64,000 nucleotides of DNA, taken from positions 54,004,001-54,068,000 of the forward strand of contig NC_087436.1 of NCBI RefSeq assembly GCF_036321535.1. Reading direction: 5' to 3'. The DNA comes from Camelus dromedarius (Eukaryota). How positions within the stretch are numbered: the first letter of the stretch is position 1; every line of letters starts with the position of its first letter. The notes under the pieces were generated by a model. It saw only the letters and a program-made list of their open reading frames with translations. It made no database searches and had not been told where the DNA came from. This document shows positions 1 to 14,305 of this stretch, piece by piece. Both the position numbers and the translations under genes were made by a program.

Positions 1-601
1 TAACATGCTTTAACAACAGTTCATATTCAAATAAAATCAAATAAAAACCAAAAACAACCCATATTTCCTAGACACAGTGTTAAGTTTCTAGAATGAATAG
101 CAGAAGTGTCAGACTTAAGTAATATACATGGAGGCCTGGTGACTCTGAAATATTATTTAAGTAAATATGTGGTCCTAAATCAGAGGATAACCCACACTTA
201 AATTTTGTAGGCATAAAAGTATAAATTGAGGCACAGTAACGGTACAAAGACTACTCAGATTATTAAATCCAAAATAAAATCATCAAGCAAAAGAGCATAT
301 CCTCCCAGATCAGATGTATGTTAGAATGAGACCCAAGTTTACTAATCTCTGAAGATAGAGCACTCAGAAGGCCTGAATTCATGATCACTGTTCATGACCT
401 TTAAACTATCAGAACTTAGTTGAACTGCATTAAGTAAGTAATTTGTGTGGAAAGTTACTAAAAGTACTCCAGATTACTGAAAAATCAAGCTAGCAGCACA
501 CACAAATACTATGTACACTTCTGAACTGTTCCAGGTTACAGCAAAGCAAAAATTAAAAATATAGAATGTCTGATTTAATAAGGTTGAACTGATATGCTTA
601 C

Positions 602-733
602 CATTTCTGGCAAAATTTGCAATTGCCAGTGCTCCAGCAAGCTGTAGCTGGTGGTTGTTTGATGGAATCCAAGACAGTACCTTTTGAAACACATTACCTT
701 TTCCTCCTTCAAATAATTTCTGCATGGATTCAT
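602..733 (-). CDS. RAP1GDS1: RAP1GDS1 exon 9 (132 nt): DESMQKLFEGGKGNVFQKVLSWIPSNNHQLQLAGALAIANFARN
   Basis: Acceptor ctccag|AT, donor ATG|gtaagc; overlaps ORF 474..725. Confidence 0.96.
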
Positions 734-1184
734 CTGGAGGTAAATGAAACAGATATAAGGAAAATCATTAGGGGTAACACATCCATATTCCTAACTGAAG
801 ATCCACTTGGGAAATTACATACTGTATAATCTATAATTCATAGAGGGAAAAGTAATTACTCTTTTTATAATAAACTTTTAGAAGAGACTGGACAAAAGAG
901 TTTAGTCTAAGCCCCAAGTAGCCATCTAGCTAGCTTATAGTCCTTTGGTGCCAAAGTCCTCTTCTATATGACAACTCTTTAAATATTGGAAGATTTACTC
1001 TTTTCCAGGTTCATTATCCCTAGTTCTCTTCCTGATGTGTTTAAGACTTCAAAATCATCACATCAACGGGATTAAATGTCATAGTAAAATGAGAAAATGC
1101 CTAATACCGTATTTATAAAAGAGACAATAAGTTAAAAAAAAATCTGACAACTATGTTCTTTGGTCAGCATAAATTACAACTCAC

Positions 1185-1328
1185 CTCCAAGAAGTAATAA
1201 AACCATTAGATCTGAAGCTGTTTTGAGCTCAGCAATATCTTCTTCTTTGTCACTATCCACTTTCTGCTGAACAATCTCTAGTAGACATTCTACCAGGCCT
1301 GCTTCAACTAGCTGTAGTTTAATAGCAT
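1185..1328 (-). CDS. RAP1GDS1: RAP1GDS1 exon 8 (144 nt): DAIKLQLVEAGLVECLLEIVQQKVDSDKEEDIAELKTASDLMVLLLLG
   Basis: Acceptor ctttag|AT, donor GAG|gtgagt; within ORF 1174..1398. Confidence 0.96.
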
Positions 1329-3248
1329 CTAAAGAAGGTGAATAAAATAAACAGAATTTGAGATGAAACAGGAGTTTTAGTATAAACAAATGATTCATAG
1401 TGAAGAATTATAAAACACCAAGAAAGTGCATGATTTAGATAATACACCTTTGAAGATTTGAGTTTCAAAAGGAAATATCTGACACTGCAGCTTAAATACA
1501 CAAAGCTTTACTTCATTTTTCCATTTGAAATTATGTCACCTTTCACAATGTCTGGCAGCACCTAAACAAACTGATTCTCAGCTCTGAAGGCGAGTAACAT
1601 CACTCTGATGTTTTTCTAGATAGTACCCTTATGTTTAAAAAACAATATATAAAATATCTGAAACTGTTTAAAATAAAACACACATACCTGTTACATAAAG
1701 TTAAAATATATCCAGTTAACAGAGTTTACAAAGTTATAGAAACTTGTTGAATATAAAGTTGCTGAAAAGAGCTTTGAGTAAATTTCAAAGTATATCACAA
1801 GTATGTACATTCATATTTGCATGAATGTTATTTTTTAAGGGCAGTTAATTAATCTGTAACTTTCTGAAACTGAAAAGTCATGTCTTAAAAAAGGGCTTCA
1901 GTTTTTCATTAATTTGAAGCTTTCTTTGGTGATGGGTACATGGTGGTTCATTATACTATTATTCTTTCTACATCTGAACAGGTTTTAAAATTCCCATAAT
2001 AAATGTTGAAAGAAAAAATAACTTCCAAGTTTTCTGATGGATAACTAAGGAATTTTAAAGACAGAATTTAAACCCCAATTACATTTAAAAACATTATCTT
2101 CATAGCAAACTCTACTCGTCTATCAAATCAATATTGTTTACACTTCAATATCTTAAATATTCTTTCATTATAGAACTTACTTCATTGCAGATTTTATATT
2201 CACATCTGTATCTGTCTCCCCCATTACAGCAAATATTCTACCTCATTCACTTTTGTATTTTAATCTAAATTGGCCTACTTAAATGTTTTGGGTGTATTTG
2301 ATACTGCTTAAGATAAATGCTGATCAACTGACCTTAAAAAATTTCTGTGTAGCCAATGTATTTCTAATTTAAATTTTATTTTTAAGCTGGATTTTATTTT
2401 AGTCTTTGGTTTCCCTAAGCTGTATATGCACACATCTACAGCAATGACAATTTAGGCTTGTTATCTCATTCCTGAGACTTTTTCTTTCGGACAATTTTAA
2501 TGTGTAAAAATTCAGCTTTTTTTTCTATCACCAGGACTACTGATCTTCTTTAGAATATTAATTCAGAATACACAGAATATTCAACCTGGAATATTTTTTT
2601 AAAAGGTACACTTGCACTCTGCCATGCTGAAAGTAGGGCGTTTCCTTGGTTACAGAATGATAGAACTAGAAATGTGTGGCGACTAGAATTGAAAGCCATG
2701 ATGAAACAGCTTTAAAAATACAAAAAACCTTGAATTATACAAATCCCAATTTAAATGTTGGAATCACTCTCCATTGCATATAAGGAAAACCAAGGATGAT
2801 ATGCTAAGGATAGTTCAGAAACAAAGTTTTACAGGTATCATTCAATCCACTGCACAGTTATAAAACAGAAGTGAAGGTGGTGAAGGTGAAAACAGAAATA
2901 AAAAAATAAAAACCCTGTTATTATAAAATACTGCAAGGAAGGTTACAGGTCATTCTCTGGCATAAAATTGACTCAAGGTCACAATAAAAATTTCCCATTT
3001 GGCCAAATCGCCAAATGAGATGAAAAATAAATTTCTCCCTAAAGAATAAGATCCAAGGCATTTAGAAAATTTAAATGTGTCAAAATTAAAGTTTACAGAT
3101 CTCTCCTCTCACACTTGGACTATAATCACACATATTTGTGGGAGGCTTAAATTGCCATATTAAAAAGGATTAGCAAGGCAGACAGCCCAGCACACATTTA
3201 TCTATACCATTCTGCCAAAGGACATCTATCTTTATCACCACTGTTTGC

Positions 3249-3325
3249 ATATATATATATATGTATGTACATGTACATACATACACATATAGATATATGT
3301 GTATATGATTGTGTGTGTATACGTA
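3249..3325. repeat. Degenerate (TA)/(TG)/(TACA) microsatellite
   Basis: atatatatatatatgtatgtacatgtacatacatacacatatag... Confidence 0.7.
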
Positions 3326-5850
3326 TTTTAAAAACTTTTCTAAATGATGAAAAAAATCCCACAAAAGCAGACAAGTACATTAAGTATACATTACACTTAA
3401 TCAATTATTATTAAGCAAATAACCATGTAACTGCCACTTAGATCAAGAAATTCATTGCCAACAAGGAAGCCCCTTCATACATTCATTTTTCCTATCACAA
3501 ATCCCTCCCTCACCCCTTTCAAATCACTACCCTGACTTTTATGGTAATCACATCCATCCTTTCACTGTTTCATCAACCAACCATCCCTAAAAACTACAGT
3601 GTAATTTTAGCTTTTCTTGAATTTTACACAAATGGAATCTTATAATATGTATTTTTCAGTGCTGACTTTTTCCTTTTAATACGTTTCTAAGATTCATCTA
3701 CACTCTTGGGTTATGGCTGTCTTCATCCCTTCTCATAACTGTATTATTTTTTCCATGATATGAATATACTATGATTTATTTATCTTACTGTAAATGGGTA
3801 TGAGTTGTTTCCAATTTTTCGTTATTATAAATAATGCTGTTATGAGCGTTCTTGTAATGGCTCCTGGTGCACATGTGCTTGTTTCTGGGTACACACCTAA
3901 CAGTGAAATTGTTGGATCACAGGAACAGGCTGTCTCCAGCTCAGTACTGTCCTCCAAACTGTGCCAATTTATACTCCCACCGGCACCTAAAGAGTTTCCA
4001 CTGTTCCACGCCTTCATCAACAATTGGTATTATCAATTTCTGATGAATATACAGTGGTATTTTTTGTGGTCTTATTTTGCATTCCCTGATTTTTAATAAG
4101 CTGAGCATATTTGTATGTGCTTACTAGCCATTTGAGAAGTGCCTTCTCAAATCATTTGCACATTTTCCCACTGGGTTTTCTACATTTTTCTTAATGATTT
4201 GTGGGATTTTTAAAAACTATATTGTACACATGAGCCCTCTGATGGTCACGTGTTGTATCTTCTCACCTACCGTTATGCTTTTCACTCTTAATGGTATCCC
4301 TTGAGGAACGGACGTTTTTACTTTTAAAATAACCAAATTATCCATTTTCCCTTTATTGTTAGAGCTTTCTATGACTTAAGAAAACTTTCTGTACTCCAAG
4401 GCCATAATGATCTCATGTTTTAAGATAATCTTTCTGGTTTTAATTTTCACATTTAGGTCAATAATCTATCTGAAATGAGATTTTTAATATAGTATAAAGT
4501 GGGACTTTGTATGTGTGTCCAACAGTATTTTTTTCCATTCCCCGCACTGCTTATTAAAGACTGTTCTTTCCCTACAGTTTTGCAGTGACATCTTTTTTTT
4601 CTAATAAAATAAACATCTTTATTAATACACCTACTTGTTTCTGGGCCATCCGGTTCCACTAGCCTTATTGTCCATCTTTGAACCAATACCACAGTGTCAT
4701 TTAAATACTACACTTCTATCAGAATACAATTTTATTATTGTTATGCCGTAAAACCAGTTCTGCTATCTTGTTCTCTTTCATAATATCTTCGCTATTCTTG
4801 GTCTTTTGGTGAGAACTGCAATGAGTCTACAGATGAGTATGGTGAGATATAACATCATTACAAAACTGAGGTTTCCAATCTATGAAAGTGATACAGCTTT
4901 CAATTTATTTAGACCTTACTTTCCCTTGATGATTTTCTACAGTTTTCTGCCAGAGATCTTATACATGTCTTATTAGTCCATTCTTAAGTATTCCATTTTT
5001 TATACTATGGTAAACAAGTATTTTTTAAAATGTATTTTTTAACTTTTTTGATTGTATGTAAAAATACAATGCTTTGAGTTTGTAAATTTTTTATTTGTTT
5101 TGGCTAGCAACCCAACCAAGTTCTAATTTTAAAAAACTTACCTATATTCTTTTGGATTTTTAACATAATCATATCACCTATGAATAATGTTAGTTATATT
5201 TATTTCTTTCCTATATCTCGTCTATCTTTCTTTTTTACTTTACTGCATCAGATTGTTCCTACAATACAATAAGGAATGAAAATGGGGATGACCCTTCTTA
5301 TGTCCAAATCTTATAAGGAAGTGCTTTTTGTATTACTACTGAGTATGACATTTTCTACAGGCTTCTAGTTATGTATACTTTTCATTTTCTTCCAGTGCTG
5401 GTTTGCAAAGTTTTTAAATCATGATGGATGGTTAACCTTAATAAATGTTTTTTCTGAATATGACAAGATTACATGATTCCTTTTACTAAGTCTTAATGTG
5501 ATAAACTATATTAATTGCATTTGGAACTGCTTTACTTTTCCAAAATAAATCCAATTTGGTATGATAGTTAATTTTTAAATATATTATTGGATTTTGTTTG
5601 CTAAAAGTTTATGGGAATTTTGGATCTACGTTCATGGTGAGACTGACCTTTAATTTTTATTCTTGTGTTGTCTTTGTTGGTATTTTATTAGCCTCATACA
5701 ACAAATTGGTGAGCATATTTGCTTTTCCTATTCCCTGAAACAATTTAAGATTACTCAGCTTTTCTATTTCTTGCTTTAAAATGTATTGGCATCAATTTTT
5801 CATAATATTCTCCTAACATCTGTAAGATTTGTAGTGAGATCTCTGCTTTC

Positions 5851-6240
5851 ATTTTTTTTCTTTTTTTTTCCCCAGTTTTATTATGTAGAATTACTACAGT
5901 TCAACTGCACATACACATTATATTGCATGTAAATACATATATTCAGTATACAGCACTTTTTTTAGTTTTCATATATGTACTAGTTATTATTTCTCAGGAG
6001 AGATCAGATATTTAGCTTTTTAAACTTACATAGTTATCAAAGGAATAAAGCCGAATGCAAAATAAGAATCAACAGAATGCGGTAATCCAATCATAAAGGA
6101 CAGTCAATGTGCTTACACATATTCAAGAAATCAAAATAATTATTAGTTCATTTGTGTCATTATTTTATTGTTATTATTTTTTAGATTCTTCATATAAAAG
6201 ATGTCATATGGCATTTTTCTTTCTCTTTCCAGCTCACTTC
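5851..6240 (-). mobile_element. Young 5'-truncated L1 fragment with poly(A) and TSD, nested in old L1
   Basis: Minus strand gaagtgagctggaaagagaaagaaaaatgccatatgacatc resembles ORF2 end of the L1 at 38235-38295; AATAAA then A-tail; TSD tctgctttc at 5842-5850 and 6239-6247. Confidence 0.75.
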
Positions 6241-6667
6241 TGCTTTCTTGATTTTGGTTATTTGTGCCTTCTCTTTTTTTCCTGATTAATCTTACTAGGG
6301 ATTTACTAGTTTTTTGACATCTTTTCAGATTCAACATTAGCAAATATAGGCTTATACTGCACTATGTATTTTCTATTTTATTAATTTCAGTTCTTTGTAT
6401 TTCCTTCCTTCTACTTTCTTTGGGTTTAATTTATGTTTTTCCCCCTTCAATCCCAGCAATTAATACTGAGTTCATTGATTTTAGCTTTTTTCCTTTTCTA
6501 ATATATTCATTTAAAGCAAAGCAAAACAAAACAAAACAGAAACCTTCTAAATGACTTTACCTGCATCACATAAGGTTTGAGATAGTATTTTCATTTGTTT
6601 AAAAAAAACTTATGATTTCCACCATGATTCTTCTTTGACCTCTGAGGCATCTGAAGCATATTTCTTA

Positions 6668-6698
6668 ATACATACATACATACATACATACATACATA
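6668..6698. repeat. (ATAC)n tetranucleotide microsatellite
   Basis: atacatacatacatac..., about 7 units. Confidence 0.9.
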
Positions 6699-9173
6699 GA
6701 TTTTAGTTTAGTTACTACGTAATTCATACTCTAAGACTGCAATCCTGTGAAATTTGTTGAAACTTTTTCCACAATGAGTATACATCTTCTAAATGCTTCA
6801 TATGTACTTGAGAAGAAGGGGCTCTGAAGCTGGGTGCAGTGTTCTAAAATGTCCATTAAATCAATTTTCTTACACGTTGCTCACATTTTCTATATCCCTG
6901 TTTTTTTATGTTTGTTCTACAAATTACTGAAAGGTATTAAAATCACCCATGATTTTTGTGAATTTGTCTGTTTCTCCTCATAGTTCTGAATATTTTTGCT
7001 TTATATATTTTAGGATAATGAATAATTTTTTATACCTTCCAGGTGAATTAAACTTTTCATCACAATAAAGTCACCTTTTTTTTTTTATCTCTAGCAAGTC
7101 TTTTAACATTAAAGTCTACTTTATCTGACATTAAGATGACTACCTCAGCCTTTTTTAGGTTTGAATAGTATTATGTTTTTAGTCTTTTTAATCTCAACCT
7201 TTTGAATCTCCTTGTATTTAAGAAGTGTTGCTTGTTTGAAGTATAGTTGGTTTTTAAATATTCAGTGGATAATTGGTCTTTTAATTAAAGCATTTAGGCC
7301 ATATACATTTATTGTACTTACTGAAATACTGTACCATAAATCTAGTACATTTTTTCTGTCCTATTTGTACCTCTTACTCCATGTCCCCTTATCTCTCCAT
7401 TATTCTATTATTTTGGATTGATGGAGCAGTAAAAAAAAATCTTCCCAGAAATCCTTCTATTATTTTGGTAGTTACACATTGGTTTTAAAAATTATTTTGG
7501 TTCACCTTAAAAATTAAAATCACTTATTAATCAGAGCCTAATAGCACTTTCTTCCAGATAATACTCTTACTTCCCTCCAGATTTATATACTCATTTTGTG
7601 GTATATTTTAAATTATATACCTATATACTTTAAACTTAACATGAATTATTTTTATTATTTTATCCATTCAATGCCCCTGAGATTTACCTATCTATTTACT
7701 CGTTTTTTGCTCTTTCTCCTCCCTTGCATCTATAACCTTCCCTCTGGAATCTGTTTCCTTTTTTTAAAGGGGGGCAAGGGGAGGGTATCATTTTTCTTTT
7801 ATCTAACAAACATCTTTTATAATTCCTTTTACTGAGGGTATATTAGTGGTGAACTTTCTCAGTTTTTAATCTGAAAATATATTTTGCTTTCAGTCTTGAA
7901 GGGTATTTTCACTGGGTTTAGAATTTTAGGTGGTATTTATTTTCTTTCAGCACATACAAAATGTTGGCCATCTGGCTTCCACTGTTGCTGTTGAGAAATC
8001 AGCTGTCAAACTTTTGCCTCTTTTAAGGTAATCTATTTTTCTCCTGGCTCTTTTAAGATTTTTGTCATTGGTTTTTTTTTTGGTTTTTGTGTTTTTTTTT
8101 TGGTAATTTCAGTATGTATCTAAATGTATATTTCTTTTCATCATATTTTAAATTCATTGGGTTTCTTGAACCTTTGATAGCTTTCATAATTTCTGGTAAT
8201 GCTCTGCCAAAATTTCTTCAATCATTGCTTCTGCCCTCCGACCTCTCCGTTTTCTGGGACTCCAAAAAATGTATATGAGGCCTTCTCACTTTATGCTCTG
8301 TACCTCTGATGCTCTTTTATGTATACTGGTTCTTTTTTTCTCTATATTTCTTTCTGGATTTCCTTCCAATCTATTTTCCAGCTCACTGGTTCTCAAACTC
8401 AACTATATTTTACCCATTGTTAAACTCATCCATTAGGTTCTTAACTTTTGTGGTATTTTTCAATTCAGGAATTTCTAATTGTTTCTTTTTCAAATCTACT
8501 TTGTCACTTTTTATAGTTTCTTTCTAAAATTTTGAAGGTTGCTTAAAATTCTTTGAACATAATAAGCATACCTGTTTCAAATCAATGTCTAATAATTCTA
8601 GTATCTGGAGATTTGCTGATGTTGCCTGTTCTTTGTGCTGATTCTTGCTTACAATGTCTTGTCTCCTCATGTGTGTGGTCCTCTTTGATTATGTGCTAGA
8701 CACTGTATTTGAAAAATTATTTATATGGGATGGTTTGTTTAAGCTGGTCTCTCTTATTCCTAGGATGTATCCCCTAAGATTTTTTTGCCCAAAGACAGGA
8801 GTAATTTACCAGTGTCCACAAGGGTTAGCAGGTCTGGTACTCCAACTTTTATCCCCTCTGCCCTGCGAGGATACATAAGTGGAGTTTAGCCTCTCAGCTG
8901 CCTTTTCCAGATTGGCATGAGAATGTGTAAGCTGCAAAACCAACTTTGCCAGGATTTAAAAATCAAAAAACTTGGGAAGTAGCTTTGGCCAACATAGATA
9001 TAGTTATGAAGTAATAATGCAGCTGAAGTTAGAGATAAACAAAATAAAACTTATCACATCATTAATAAAACAAAGAAGAATTTTGATATTAAGAGATGGC
9101 AATTAAATAATATTAGAAAAAAATGGAAGGCACCTACATTATCAAAAATCAAGAGGTATATTTATTTTCTCAC

Positions 9174-9299
9174 CATTTTCTGCCAACGGAGCAAGAACTT
9201 CAAAAACCATTTCCCTCTTATCATGTTCTATTTGTTTCTTGAAGAGTTTTACCAGCTCTTCAGCAATGTTTGTACTGGCAAACTGCTCTTTACTTGACT
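9174..9299 (-). CDS. RAP1GDS1: RAP1GDS1 exon 7 (126 nt): ESSKEQFASTNIAEELVKLFKKQIEHDKREMVFEVLAPLAEN
   Basis: Acceptor tttttgcag|AG, donor ATG|gtgaga; within ORF 9142..9339. Confidence 0.96.
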
Positions 9300-9699
9300 C
9301 TGCAAAAAAATTGGAGGAAAATTTAGAGTAAGCAAACAAAATTAAGTCCAGAATTTGTTTTCGACTACTTTCAATACTTGGTCATTTTGTACCATTACTC
9401 ATAAATACAAACACTCTTCAAATACAGGAACAATCAAATCTATTTTTTAAAAATGCCCCTGAAGGGGAAAAATGTCTAAGGCTTTAAAGAAAATGTTCTG
9501 ACCCAATTATATTTGAGGCTATAAAAATAAATGTTCAGTAGCATGACATATAGGTAACCATAGCAACAATAAAATTACTGTTATAAATTCATAGTTTCAA
9601 GGCTTTTAGTCAAAGAAGAAAAATTACTCATAACAGACTACATTTTACATGGCTGAATTACTGGTGACTTATCTTTATGCCATCAAAGTGGTATGCTTT

Positions 9700-10490
9700 C
9701 GCTCTGTTCCTGACATACCTTCTATCAAAGGCCAATTTCTCATGTGTATTTGGGGTCTCATTCCCTCCTGCCTCTTTACTATCTCCAACCTCTCCTCTTC
9801 ACTCTAGGGCCTCATCATTAGCATTTAAATATGCTTTAATATTTCTCACATAAAAAAGCAATATTAAAAATAAACACCTTCTCTCTACTTTTATTCAACT
9901 ACCATCTAATCTGTTCACTTTCACAAACAAGTTTCTTGACAGCATTGTCTACACACACTCTCTCTAGTTTCTCAACTCACATGCATTTCTAAACCCACCT
10001 CAAATTAGTTTTGGTCACCTCTACACTCTGTACTCTCCTTTGCTTGCTCCTCTTTTCCCCCAGACCTCTATAAATTCTTGTTCCTTGAGACTTGATCCTT
10101 TGTTCTCTCACCTTTTTGGTCCCTATGCTCACACTAAACAATCTAGTTCTCTCCCACGACATCAAAACAGCACCCGATGTTTTGGTGCTTATACAATCAC
10201 ATCTCTACCCTCTTCTGGACTCCACACTACTTATTTAACTGGCCATTTAACATTTCCATTGGAGTATCTGCCTAGCATCCAAACTCTATGTCTAAAATGG
10301 ACTTTTGATACTACCCTGAAATCTTCTTCCTCCAGACTTCCTTAATTTGGTAAATATGTGTACCATCTATCTACCTGCCATGCAGGCAGAAACCTGGGAA
10401 TGACTGCTCACTTCTTCTCACTCAACAATACATCCAATTACCAAGGTCTACCAATCTACCTCCAAAATACAACCAGAATCCATTTCATTT
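9700..10490 (+). mobile_element. L2 remnant
   Basis: ...tggactccacactacttatttaactggccatttaacatttccattggagtatctgcctagcatccaaactctatgtctaaaatggact resembles L2 consensus. Confidence 0.6.
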
Positions 10491-10619
10491 TTTCCAATTC
10501 TTTTCTCAACTTCTTTTGCTACATCAGATATCCTGTCAATTTACTTACAAGTTTTTCTCAAAGAATTCTGACCAAATCCAATCTAGTAGTTGCTCTCAAT
10601 GTTTGTGGGACACAATTAA

Positions 10620-11520
10620 CAGCCTGGAATTTTTATCATTATCTTGATGAATCCTATCTTCTTCCTATGTTAGACACTCTTCCTGATTCCTACATAATCT
10701 TATTTATATAGTCTTATTTATATCCCTTGTTTTGGTGCAATACATCTATCTTCCAGTGGCTTCCAGAGGAAGGGTATGTAGGGTACCAGTTTTCTGAGAC
10801 ATTCATGTTTGACAGTGTCATTATTATAACCTCACACTTGATTGATAGTTTGGGTATAGAATTCTATATTGGAAATAATCTTTCCTCAAATTTTTGAAGG
10901 CAATACTCCATCTTCTACCAGTGTTGTTTTGAGACATCTGATGTCTACTGATTCCCAGTCTTTTGTATTCAAGTTTTTTCCCCTCTCTCTGGAAGTCTGT
11001 AAAAGGTACTCTTTGTCCACATTACACAAAAGTTTCGTATCGATGTGCAATGGTCTGGGGAATTATCTTCATCCACTAGACTAAGCATTTGACAGACTCT
11101 TCCAATCTGGAGAAATGCATACTTCAGTTCTGTGATATCTGAGTTATTTGGCAATTTCCTCCTGTTTACCTCTTTCTAGAACTCTTGCTTTGATCTTCTA
11201 TCTACATTTTCTCTTCTATTTCCATCTGTTTTTTGCTTTACTTCTGTAAATACCTCTTTCACTCATTTTACTGTCTTTCATTTTAGCTATTGTATTTTTA
11301 ATGTTCCAGCTTCTTTGGTTTTCTAAACTAATAGGAAACTTTAGTTTTCTAAACTATTAGTCTCATGCTTACAGAATTTTTCTCATTTATCTGAGGATAT
11401 TAGTTTATTTCCCCCACCCTGCATAGTTTCTGTTTCCTCCAAGTTACTTTTTCCTGTTCATTTCAGCATCTTCCATTTCAGAGGCTGTCTTCACCTCTCT
11501 AGTTGTCTGCCATTGATTAA
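10620..11520 (-). mobile_element. Ancient L1M/HAL1-like ORF1-region remnant
   Basis: gatagtttgggtatagaattctatattggaaataatctttcctcaaatttttgaaggca is typical antisense L1M/HAL1 sequence. Confidence 0.55.
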
Positions 11521-14176
11521 GAATTGAGGTTTAAAAATTAATTAGGAGCTATAAGTATGAGTGGTCTTGCTGACTGCAGGAGTCCCTGAAGATGCCTCTT
11601 TTGTAGAGAAACCCCAGTTTCTTTATTTTCTGGAGGACAAATGGGGTAATTTGGCATATTTACTTTCACTTTATCTATTTTCAGAATAGTACTCTGGTAC
11701 CTCTTACTTCATCTTAGTCTGATGTCCTTAGTCTACCAACCCTGTATTTTCAGTCTCTCCAGAGAATAAATACAGTCTTCTGCTTAGATGGGAAGGGGTA
11801 GTTACCATAATGTGGGATGGGAAAGAGGGTTAGAAATCCTGATGACAACAAATCCTAAACATTTTGAAGATCCCAAAGAGCAAACTGGTTAATTCTTGTC
11901 TTTCCAATTCTGGATTTAGATTTCAAAATTTTGCTAAGTGAGTTACTGCTTGTTTTTCTTCACAGGTTCTAAAATGTTTTTGTGTTACCCCCTCTACTTG
12001 TTTTTTATTTCTCCCTTTCTTTGAGGGCTTAGTACTTTAAAAAGAATCTCTTTACTGTAGTTTTAGTTGGTTCCAGAAGGGAGTGAAATTAAGTGTACAT
12101 TTTCATTCTAACTTCTCTACCCCCAAAATACTAGTATTTTAAGCAGGCAATTTTATTTATAAAAGATTTTGAAGCCAAACAAAAAGGGTAAAAATCCCAA
12201 TCTGTTTAATCTATAATGTTAAATAAGAATGCCAAGTTTAAATAAAATTGTATTTATGCTACAATTGTGAATATAGAAAAATTATGTATGCATATATTAC
12301 TAGGATTCAAAGAGAACAATAAAAGGTAGAGCTGCACATTCCTTTTCTGGCCCCAATTCTGAAACAGATTATACTTGTTAAATTATTTTATATTTTGTCT
12401 TTAAGCTATTATGTATCTTTAGTGAGCAAAACCACACAAATTTTATTAAAAATTTTTGACAAAAAGTAGTAACTCTAGCATTTAGTGATATGCCATACTA
12501 AGAAGTATGTGATATGATCCTGATCTTTACCTGTGTCAATAAAATAATACTAGGTGATTTATTAACTCATGGGCAATAAAGCTCACACTGAAAAGAGAAA
12601 AAGTATTTTGGGGCATACATATTCTATTTCAGTGTTGATGTATAACCTAGCTATTATATGAGCATAACAGATTCATGACTTATACTCTAAAAATCTTAGC
12701 AATAAAGAAATATTTCTCTTTCATCCTTTTTTTCCCCCCTCCATATGGGATAAGGGCAGAAACAGCTGGGAAAAGAGTATCAAATTGGGCTAAACTAAAC
12801 TGGGTGCATATTCAGCTTTTATTATAGCCCATGGAGACAGGGCTGAATTGTAATGAGGTGGTCTATGTAATCTCCCAAACAAATCCTGATTCCTTAATAC
12901 AGTAAACTTATATTAAATGGTGTTTGTTTCTGTTACAAAGGTTATAACATTACCAGGGAGTATAACATGATTTGTTTTATTTCTACAAACTATCCTAAGC
13001 ACAAACTCCTACATTCCATTTTAATAATGGAAAATAACTTGTGAAACAGTAACTGAATGTTCTTCTACTCTTGGTGTTACTTGAATGATAGAAATAATGA
13101 CAGTATGAAAAAGAAGAAAAGCAGAAGAGGAGAGACGATAAGAAACATTCACAAATACCAGGAGATGACCCACTGAATAAAAATGAATTTTAAAAATTAA
13201 CTTTGATAAATAATCCCTATTCCCTTTACTTCTGCTTTGACTTCAAGTTAGGTACTGAAATCAAGATTTTAACGAGTGTGTAAGGACAAGAGCTTTCAGT
13301 TGGGAAAACGAAAGTTAGAATCCTGGTGCTTCTGTTTATTTATTTATAAAATGGGGGTAATTAATAGAATTGATTTACTTGTTTGTTATAGTTATTTTAG
13401 CAATGATGAAATATCATTTGATTTGACTATCCTCATAATGAACAATTTATGAACATGGTTGCAGGGTGGATTCAGACGAGGAGTTGTAACGTTCTATCAA
13501 GAATCATGGGGAGGGAGGAGAAAAAGAAGAAAGAGCGATATACATGACATAGAGAAAAAAGAAACAGGGAAAAAGAGATGGGGGTGCTGGGGTCATCAGT
13601 CCCCTTCTCTGTTAGGACTGGGCTGTGTTACCAGCTCTGGTCTGTTTTTGTCTGCCTTCTGATTTTCAAGAATTTCTCATATTAAAAAAAAATCCTTAAC
13701 AAATATATTCCTATGAAAAATTCTTCTATCATTTTTAGGGATTTTGTAAAACGAAGGGGAAGAACTGTAGTCTGCTAGATTCTTTTCAAATGAGAAGCCA
13801 ATAATTTATACAGAATGTAATAAATTATGAAGTCCTTTATTTTTGCCCCAGAAATACAATATTTGATTTTAAGACCAGCCCTAACCCTCATATAAGAATA
13901 CTAAAGTGGAGATCATTTAAAACATCTAATTCTATAAAATAGTACACAAGTTTAAACCTTAAATGTTAATACATAAAATAATCAGGGAAGCAAAGTAGCT
14001 CCAACTGTAAACAATACTACATTTTTTTTAAACATTGAAGCAAGTATCTACAATGCTTAAAAAAAAATAAACTAATATAATCTAAATGGATTTCCAGGTT
14101 GTTAACATCTAAAGGAAAATTTATTATACGCACAGTAGTAAGTTAATTATATGTTTGATTCACAACAAGGACTTAC

Positions 14177-14305
14177 CAAGTTCTGCTAAATTGCCAAATG
14201 CAACAAGACACATTTCTGTAAGAGCTGCATTTTGGCAGTGGATGCCCAGTAATTTAACTAAGGTAGGAATAACACCCATGTTGATAAGCTGAGCTTGAAG
14301 GGAAT
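14177..14305 (-). CDS. RAP1GDS1: RAP1GDS1 exon 6 (129 nt): DSLQAQLINMGVIPTLVKLLGIHCQNAALTEMCLVAFGNLAEL
   Basis: Acceptor ttttacag|AT, donor TTG|gtaagt; manually translated. Confidence 0.96.

Larger units (their letters stand above)
3420..8750 (-). mobile_element. Ancient decayed L1 (L1M-type), several kb, interrupted by a younger insertion; boundaries approximate
   Basis: ORF 3769..4023 retains L1 ORF2 C-terminal motifs (DPTISLLGVYP, TALFIITKNWKQ); long T-rich antisense-L1-like tract; ORF1/5'-like remnants near 7850-8750. Confidence 0.75.
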
